Part shown: positions 58,268 through 64,000 of the stretch, piece by piece
Layout of the letters: every line of letters starts with the position of its first letter
Numbering within the stretch: position 1 is the stretch's first letter
From: Acidobacteriota bacterium
GTDB taxonomy: Bacteria > Acidobacteriota > CAIWXX01
Direction: 5' to 3'
Length of the DNA: 64,000 nt
Assembly (NCBI GenBank): GCA_040755995.1
Contig: JBFMAF010000032.1
Location: forward strand, 225,306-289,305
The notes under the pieces: generated by a model
Database searches by the model: none
What the model was told of the DNA's origin: nothing
What the model saw: the letters and a program-made list of their open reading frames with translations, nothing else
Program-made: the position numbers and the translations under genes

Positions 58268-58698
58268 CTACCCGTAGCCTACCTCTGGACTGAGAGGGAT
58301 TGTGCTTCGTATGAACGTACCCCGGGCCAGTGGTCGTTGATTACCGTCTCTCAACTTTGTCTCCGCAACGAGCAGGTTCCGAGAGCCGTGTACGAGGCGT
58401 CCGAACGCGATGATGATACCCTCTGCGGCTGGACGAATGTGCACTACGCTGAAGCTGACCGTGAGGACGAAGACATCCTGCACCACAGATTCGCCGCAAA
58501 GAACGCGTCGTCGTCGAGTGCCTTGAAGTACACGGAGCCATGAATAGCATGGGCTGCATGGAAGAAGTCAGGCCTCACCGCGATTGTGACTTCGGCCGGG
58601 CCCTCGGACACCCGCAACGTCGGCGCGAAGTACGCATTGATTGGAGCCGTGCGGTGCATCCGCTCAAGACGCCGGAAGTGCTCTTCAGAACTTGACAT
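58268..58698 (-). pseudogene. Frameshifted PaaI family thioesterase
   Basis: HFRRLERM..TAPIN...HGSVYFKALDD.AFFAAN in one frame continues as VQDVFVLT.SF...LARGTF in another; frameshift near 58490. Confidence 0.85.
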
Positions 58699-58728
58699 GG
58701 CCTTGTCGAGACCCAGGTGATCGGCGCC

Positions 58729-58863
58729 AGCTAACACAGCGTTTGGCCGCCGGGCGCGCCTGCCTGCCCGCCCTCGCTTCTGCCAGTTCCCCCGCTTCGG
58801 CATCCGAGCTGGAGAGTATCGATGTGAGCCTCAGGGACGGTCCGCTGCAGGCGCGGATTCGGC
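58729..58863 (-). mobile_element. attC: Degenerate attC-like site
   Basis: Minus strand GCCGAAT-CCGCGCCTGCAGCGGACC ... GTTAGCT, starting 12 bp after the upstream stop and ending 30 bp before the next ATG. Confidence 0.55.
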
Positions 58864-58875
58864 CCCGCGACGCCC

Positions 58876-59409
58876 CTATTCGCCCTTGGCCTTTTCAAGA
58901 TACATCTCTCTCGGGAAGAAGCGCTTGGGATGCTTGCCCGATGACTCAAGCTCGTGCCGCCGGATTCGCGTGCCTTGCTTGTTAACCAGATCGTGGCCCT
59001 CGGAGAGGAAGTACCGGATCAGCGCTCGTTCGGTCAAAGTCAGGCTCTTAGCAAGTCGTTGGCCTCGCTTGGTAAGAATCTCTCCAGTCAGAACAAAGCG
59101 CCTGCCCGTCTTGGCATTGCGAAGATGCTGCATCAGACGGAGATTGTTGAGGTGATTCTTTACGCGGCCGCGAACGCTGTTGCTCGCCTTTCCGACGTAC
59201 AGCGCCTCGAATTGGGAACCCCACCGACGGCCAAAAATGTAGATACCTGCGCCAGTGCCAACACGGTTGAGGTCTAGAGTGTAGATCATGTTGTCCTTGC
59301 TAGCGTCTCGGAGCTGGATCGGTCGAGACCATTCAACATGCAGCTTCATAAAGGATGCCTTTCCTTCGCGGGCCGAACGGCCGCGCCGCCTTTGCTTATC
59401 TTTCCGCAT
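58876..59409 (-). CDS. GIY-YIG-like nuclease
   Basis: GIYIF...LYVGKA..VRGR..H...E..LI...N; AT-richer than the flanks. Alternative start at 59349. Confidence 0.7.
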   Translation of the reverse strand: MRKDKQRRRGRSAREGKASFMKLHVEWSRPIQLRDASKDNMIYTLDLNRVGTGAGIYIFGRRWGSQFEALYVGKASNSVRGRVKNHLNNLRLMQHLRNAKTGRRFVLTGEILTKRGQRLAKSLTLTERALIRYFLSEGHDLVNKQGTRIRRHELESSGKHPKRFFPREMYLEKAKGE

Positions 59410-59502
59410 AGTACTCCGCGTGGAAGACCCCGTCAACATGGTAGGCGTCAATAGTAGCAATAGCTTGGACAACTCCTCTTGGCCTTCCAGCCTCCTACTA
59501 TT

Positions 59503-59713
59503 AGCGAGGCCCCGCCTCAAACCGACGAGGCGTGGCCTCGCGTTGAAAGTTGAATGTCGAAGGTCGAAATGCTGAATCCGCCGAGTCGGTTCCTAGACTT
59601 CTCGACTTCTCGCTGTCAACCGCTTTCAACATTTGACCTTCAGCCTTCGACGTTGCCTTGTCCGCGCCGGAAAAACTCGTCACATTCGTTCATATTCGCC
59701 GCGGACAAGGCAA
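59503..59713. repeat. Three abutting inverted-repeat structures
   Basis: GCGAGGCCCCGCCTC/GAGGCGTGGCCTCGC; heptamer arms GTYGAAN/TTCRRCN (59541-59652); perfect 14-bp IR TTGCCTTGTCCGCG (59653-59666 and 59700-59713). Confidence 0.8.
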
Positions 59714-59855
59714 CTAGACCGTTTCCGCATAACACGCTGCGGTTCTTTCCTTACAGGGTGTCCGCGGTGCTTCTTATGGTCCGGAATCCCCGATCCACGC
59801 CGAGGAGCGGATTCCATCTGCCTACCGGCCGTGATATCCTAAGTGAAGGAAGAGA

Positions 59856-60116
59856 ATGGGGTTGCGGCGGATGGGTACACAAGTCGACACGCTAGCGGGG
59901 AGCGGCATTTCGAACCGGTCCGGTTCGGGAGATGCCGAGTCAACGGCTGCCGGTGCGTTTCAGCCGAGAACGGACCTGGGCCGTCGCCTCTGGCAGCTGC
60001 GCCAACAGTACATCGCGGGGGGTGGCAGGCTCTATTCAGCCGAGGAGATCCAGGCGGAGATAGACCGGCAGCGCAGCCGCGCTCCAGGCTCGGATGAAGA
60101 CGACGTTCATCGATAG
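59856..60116 (+). CDS. Putative antitoxin (VapB-like)
   Basis: PRT.LGRRL..LR......G..L.S.EEI..E...R; overlaps the PIN gene. Start is uncertain. Confidence 0.65.
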   Translation: MGLRRMGTQVDTLAGSGISNRSGSGDAESTAAGAFQPRTDLGRRLWQLRQQYIAGGGRLYSAEEIQAEIDRQRSRAPGSDEDDVHR

Positions 60117-60516
60117 CGGGGTCCTCATCGCCGCTTTTCGCGGCGAGGAGAAGCTCGCAGAACATGCCTTGCGGATCATCGACGATCCCGAAAGAGCACT
60201 CGTGTCGAGTTCGTTCGTGAGGCTGGAGCTCTTGCCGAAGGCGCGATACCACCGTCGAACGGAGGAAGTGAAGTTCTACGAGGAGTTCTTTGGCCGGGCG
60301 GCTCGGTGGATCGAGCCCAGCTCTGAGCTGGACGCCCTCGCCCTCGAAGAGGGGTCGAAGGCCGGATTGAGTGCGCTCGACTCCTTGCACGTGGCCGCAG
60401 CGCTTCAGGCCGGAGCGGAGGAACTGGCGACTACGGAGCGTCGCGAGAGAGCGATCCACAGGACCCGTAGCATTCGTGTCATCTCTGTTCTTGTGGATCG
60501 CGAAAATGACCAGTAG
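60094..60516 (+). CDS. PIN-domain (VapC-like) toxin
   Basis: FIDSGVLI...RLE...LDSLHVAAA...TTE. Confidence 0.85.
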   Translation: MKTTFIDSGVLIAAFRGEEKLAEHALRIIDDPERALVSSSFVRLELLPKARYHRRTEEVKFYEEFFGRAARWIEPSSELDALALEEGSKAGLSALDSLHVAAALQAGAEELATTERRERAIHRTRSIRVISVLVDRENDQ

Positions 60517-60621
60517 CATTCGTGCCGAATCCAAGTGCGATCGGCGGCGAGATCGGAAAGCTGCCTGAACAGGTCGCATGAGCGGCATGGGCGCAACCGC
60601 GCTCTTGGCCCAGGCTCGCCA

Positions 60622-60645
60622 TTTGCGTTTGCGTTTGCGTTTGCG
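60622..60645 (+). repeat. (TTTGCG)x4 microsatellite just upstream of a -35 box
   Basis: Four perfect hexamer copies. Confidence 0.85.
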
Positions 60646-60654
60646 AGCTGGCGG

Positions 60655-60684
60655 TTGACAGTATGAGACGGCCCGTGCTAGGCT
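60655..60684 (+). promoter_or_regulatory. Sigma70-type promoter
   Basis: TTGACA-18 bp-TAGGCT with a TGn extension. Confidence 0.6.
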
Positions 60685-60729
60685 CGGGACAGGAATTGGC
60701 GATCACTCACAGAGGTCGCGGAGTGTGAG

Positions 60730-61344
60730 ATGAAGAGGCGGCTTCGGTTTCCAGGTGCTCTGGTCGGAATCTGGCTCGCCGGTGTCTCTTGCCAGGGGCG
60801 CATGACGACGTCGGTCGCGCCTGCCAGTCTGACACTCACCCAGCTTGTGGCGATCGACGCGCAGGGGCAGACGCGCCCCACGCTCGACTATGATCTCTGC
60901 GCCCAGACGCCGCAGGGTATTATCCCCAGCCTTCTGGGGCAGGTGAGCGTTTCGAACGGACCTGGAGTCGTCGACGCGAACGGCGTGTCGCTCAACGACG
61001 TGAGGCTCACGCGCTACCGCGTCGAATACACGCGCTACGACGGCCGGTCCACTCCCCTCGTCGACGTACCATTGGCGTTCGAAGCTGGCAATGAGATCAC
61101 CATCGGTGCTGGCGAGACGAAGACGCTCCAGATACTGCTGCTCAGGGCAGTAGCACTCACCGAGCCGCCTCTCCTCCAGTTGGCTGAGGGGATAGGACTG
61201 AAGGAGATCCGCGGCGACATCGTGGTAACGTTCTCCGGGAGTGAGATGTCTGGCCATCCGGTGAGCGTCTCCGGTTCGACCCCGTTCTGGTTCCACTGCG
61301 CGAAGCACCCGAATGCGGAATGCGGAATGCGGAGTGCGGAATAG
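60730..61344 (+). CDS. Putative lipoprotein
   Basis: LAGVSC lipobox-like motif, V.L..Y.VEY.R.DG. The C-terminus runs into heptamer repeats. Confidence 0.7.
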   Translation: MKRRLRFPGALVGIWLAGVSCQGRMTTSVAPASLTLTQLVAIDAQGQTRPTLDYDLCAQTPQGIIPSLLGQVSVSNGPGVVDANGVSLNDVRLTRYRVEYTRYDGRSTPLVDVPLAFEAGNEITIGAGETKTLQILLLRAVALTEPPLLQLAEGIGLKEIRGDIVVTFSGSEMSGHPVSVSGSTPFWFHCAKHPNAECGMRSAE

Positions 61345-61637
61345 GGCAAACTAGCTGACGGTGGTGGGAACCACATAAGGGCGTCCTGCCACTCGGCGTG
61401 AGGCGGAAGACAGCGGCTCTTGACCGCTGGCTGAGGTTGCGGCAGATTCCGCATTCCGCATTCCGAATTCCGCATTATGGCTGCGTGGCCCCGAGACCGG
61501 ACTGAGAGCCTCGGCACGGAAGGCCGAGCAGCGTCTCATCCCGCGGCAGATTCCGCATTCCGCATTCCGAATTCCGCATTATGGCTGCGTGGCCCCGAGA
61601 TCCGACTGAGAGGCTCAGCAAGGAAGGCTGAGCAGCG
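61311..61637. repeat. Heptamer inverted arms plus a 95-bp tandem duplication (period 104)
   Basis: (GAATGCG)n at 61311-61341 versus (ATTCCGC)n; copies at 61439-61533 and 61543-61637. Confidence 0.92.
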
Positions 61638-61658
61638 AATTCTGCTAGAATCGAGCGC

Positions 61659-62273
61659 ATGGAATTCGATCAGGCCAACCGGATCATCCGGACTCTCTAC
61701 GCGGGCATCAACCCATACGAAGTGTCGCACGACGCGCGAGATCTCCTGCCGGCGAAAGATCCTAATCTCGGCTACGGCGAAGTGATGCCGCACGCGTTGC
61801 ACCAGATCCTTCGCGACATGCCTGCCAGAGAAGGAGCAGTGTTCTACGACCTGGGCTCGGGCACCGGCAGGACGCTCATGCTGGCGGCGCTGCTCTTCGA
61901 CTTCCCCAGGCTCGTCGGCATCGAGATTGTCGAAGCTCTTCACCAGACCGCGCTGGCGGCGTTGGACCGGTACAACCACGAGATTCGGCCGGGCCTGCCT
62001 GCGGCGAAGCAGCAGCAGACAATCGAGTTCCGCTGCGCGGATCTCCGCACCGAGGACTTCTCCGACGCAGACGTCGTGTTCGTCCATGCCACCTGCTTCC
62101 GGCCGAAGCTGATGGAGGCGCTCGCCCGACAGCTCGAGAGACTCAGGCCCGGCGCCCGCGTAGCGATCACCAGCAAGGTGATCACGAGCAGCCGGTTCGA
62201 GACGACCCGCATCGAAACATACGAGATGGACTGGGGCGCTACGCCGGTCCTGTTCCTCGAAAGGCGCGCGTAG
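61659..62273 (+). CDS. DOT1-like class I SAM-dependent methyltransferase
   Basis: YGE...FYDLGSGTG...GIEI...D.S.ADVVF..TCF...L.PG. Confidence 0.8.
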   Translation: MEFDQANRIIRTLYAGINPYEVSHDARDLLPAKDPNLGYGEVMPHALHQILRDMPAREGAVFYDLGSGTGRTLMLAALLFDFPRLVGIEIVEALHQTALAALDRYNHEIRPGLPAAKQQQTIEFRCADLRTEDFSDADVVFVHATCFRPKLMEALARQLERLRPGARVAITSKVITSSRFETTRIETYEMDWGATPVLFLERRA

Positions 62274-62338
62274 CAGAGGCTACACGGGCCTGACTACATG
62301 GCGCAGCAAGGCACCGGCACCGCCGCACGGGCGCTGCG

Positions 62339-63538
62339 TCACTCGGCCCGGAGCGCTTCCAGCGGGTCCAGGCGCGCGGCCCGCCGCGCCGGCACGACGC
62401 CGCTCGCGATGCCCACACAGATGCTCACCAGAAGCGACAGCCCCACGTAAAGCACGGGCACCTCCACCGGAAGCGCGGGCACCATGATCCCCAGAAGCTG
62501 CGCGATCACGATGCCCGCCAGGACGCCGAAAACTCCCCCGGTGGTCGACAGCAGCACGGCTTCGCTCAAGAACAGCAGCAGGATCTGCCGGGGCTCCGCA
62601 CCCACCGCCTTCTCCAGGCCGATCTCGCCCACCCGTTCGTTGACCGAGATCCACATCATCGTCAGGATCCCGATGCTCCCGACAACCAGCGAGATGGCCG
62701 CAATCGCGCCGATGGCCATCGTTATCATGTTGAGGATCTTGTTGAGGCTCTCGAGCATCTCGGTCTGCGTGATGATCGTGAAATCCTCCTCGTTGTCGTG
62801 CCGTTCTTTGACCACATGCCGGATGCCCTCCTCGACGAAGTCCGCACGCACGCCGGCCGAGAACAGCACGTCGACCCCCATCAAGCCTTCTTTGTTGAAG
62901 ATCTTCATGGCCAGGGCGACCGGGATGTATGCCGTGTCGTCCAGATCGAGGCCCAACATCTGGCCCTTGGGCTCCATGACACCTACTACCGCGAAACGGC
63001 GGCCGCCGATGTGGACCCGCTCGCCGAGTGCGTTGGCAGTCCCGAACAGCTCGCGCTTGAGCGTCGGGCCCAGCACAGCGACCGGTGCACCTCGGTGCAG
63101 ATCCGTCTGCGGCAGAAACGTGCCTTGCCCGATGTGGAATTGCCAGACGTCAGGCGCGTCCGGACTGACGCCGTAGACCACCACCGATCTCCCGCGCTCA
63201 CCCGCTTCCACCCTCGCCGAGCCGAAGCAGACTGGCGCGATCTTCAGTACGCCCGGGACTCGCAGCAGCGCCAGCGCGTCGTCGAGCGTGACCTTGCGCT
63301 GTGTAGTGGCAACCCCCGGCATTCCGAACGTCTCGGCCTTGCCCGGCTGCAAACTGATGATGTTCGTCCCGAACTGGGTGAACTGGTGCAGGATATATAC
63401 TCGCAGCCCTTCGCCAATCGACGTCAGCAGGATGACTGAGGCCGTGCCGATTGTGATCCCGAGCATCGTGAGGAACGTGCGCAACCTGTGCGCCATCACG
63501 ACGCCGGACGTCAGATGAACGACGTCTCTCAGCTCCAT
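62339..63538 (-). CDS. MacB/FtsX-like ABC transporter permease
   Basis: LRT.LT.LGI.IG, V.ER..EIG..KA.GA, PA.RAA.LDP.EALR.E. Confidence 0.93.
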   Translation of the reverse strand: MELRDVVHLTSGVVMAHRLRTFLTMLGITIGTASVILLTSIGEGLRVYILHQFTQFGTNIISLQPGKAETFGMPGVATTQRKVTLDDALALLRVPGVLKIAPVCFGSARVEAGERGRSVVVYGVSPDAPDVWQFHIGQGTFLPQTDLHRGAPVAVLGPTLKRELFGTANALGERVHIGGRRFAVVGVMEPKGQMLGLDLDDTAYIPVALAMKIFNKEGLMGVDVLFSAGVRADFVEEGIRHVVKERHDNEEDFTIITQTEMLESLNKILNMITMAIGAIAAISLVVGSIGILTMMWISVNERVGEIGLEKAVGAEPRQILLLFLSEAVLLSTTGGVFGVLAGIVIAQLLGIMVPALPVEVPVLYVGLSLLVSICVGIASGVVPARRAARLDPLEALRAE

Positions 63539-63579
63539 GGGACTCTCCGCAAGTCTGGGGGCGGCTGGCCGTCGCCGCA

Positions 63580-63654
63580 GACGCGGATACGCGGAGACAC
63601 GGAGACGCGGAGAAAACGCCGCGCGCGTTCACCGCGTCTCCGCGTCACCGTGTC
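63580..63654. repeat. Inverted 8-mer repeat arms between the two permease genes
   Basis: GACGCGGA TACGCGGA GACACGGA GACGCGGA versus ACCGCGTC TCCGCGTC ACCGTGTC. Confidence 0.85.
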
Positions 63655-63694
63655 ACTGCGCCGGTCGCGCATCGTTCGAATCCTCATGAGACGC

Positions 63695-64000
63695 TCAGCG
63701 CCTCCCCAGGGCAAGGATCGGGTCCAGGCGCGCCGCGCGGCGCGCGGGTAAGACCCCGAACAGTATCCCGACGCCGAGCGCCACAACCAGCGCCGCCAGC
63801 ACGGCCCAGTCTGGCACCTGTGCCGGGAGGGCGGGGAGGAGGCGGACGGAGAGGCGTACGAGGACCCCGGCCGACACAAGGCCTACGACACCGCCGAGGA
63901 CCGAGAGCAGCCCGGCCTCGGCGAGGAAAGCCATGACAACCTGCGACCTGGTGACTCCAACCGCCTTCAGCAGCCCGATTTCGGTTGTTCGCTCCGAGAC
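63695..64000 (-). CDS. MacB/FtsX-like ABC permease, C-terminal part (5' end outside the window)
   Basis: VSERTTEIGLLKAVG...PARRAARLDPI.AL. Confidence 0.9.
   Translation of the reverse strand, partial: VSERTTEIGLLKAVGVTRSQVVMAFLAEAGLLSVLGGVVGLVSAGVLVRLSVRLLPALPAQVPDWAVLAALVVALGVGILFGVLPARRAARLDPILALGRR

Noticed and set aside
56338..58293. 651-aa alternative-frame ORF and similar long overlapping ORFs (49070-50458, 40884-42182)
   Set aside because: Off-frame or antisense products overlapping well-supported genes, mostly Arg/Gly/Pro-rich; expected from GC3 bias.
58480..58500. Programmed frameshift in the PaaI gene
   Set aside because: No slippery heptamer is present, and other lesions (apparent loss of residues near ARGTF) point to decay or sequence error.
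61311..61637. CRISPR array
   Set aside because: Only two long copies with an internal heptamer microsatellite, no unique spacers of uniform length and no cas genes.
53540..62273. Chromatin-like writer/eraser system (HDAC family + DOT1-like)
   Set aside because: The genes are unlinked, HDAC-family amidohydrolases are common in bacteria, and the HDAC gene is operonic with ugd.

Overview
GC-rich bacterial window. An Oar-like TonB-dependent receptor and many secreted repeat proteins suggest an Acidobacteriota-like diderm, but this is inference only. Core genes (rbfA-nrnA-truB-uvrB-uvrC, folK, ugd, lgt, HesB/IscA, CDF, OPT and ABC transporters, an algI-algJ-algJ-like O-acetylation operon) alternate with accessory and decaying DNA. 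Main results: (1) A frozen integron at about 2.1-7.6 kb. It has only the N-terminal SAM-like part of an integrase, a Pc-like promoter, an attI-like site and six cassettes, and five of the six cassette borders are confirmed by 9-13 bp complementarity between the cassette start and its own attC. Two attC sites are unusually long and share a promoter-like insert. A further degenerate attC lies at 58.7-58.9 kb. (2) A compact minus-strand operon: leader-bearing lipoprotein-like protein, HEAT-repeat protein and radical SAM/SPASM enzyme, downstream of an ABC exporter. This is a candidate uncharacterised protein-modification system. (3) At least eight intergenic elements built from 7-, 8- or 9-mer tandem repeats, several as inverted arms, sitting at operon junctions and beside toxin-antitoxin loci. 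(4) Five type II TA loci, two with the toxin deleted, plus several pseudogenes and two pairs of degenerate 70-85 bp direct repeats that bracket accessory blocks. No rRNA, tRNA or CRISPR array was seen. All family assignments come from motif recognition, not database searches.
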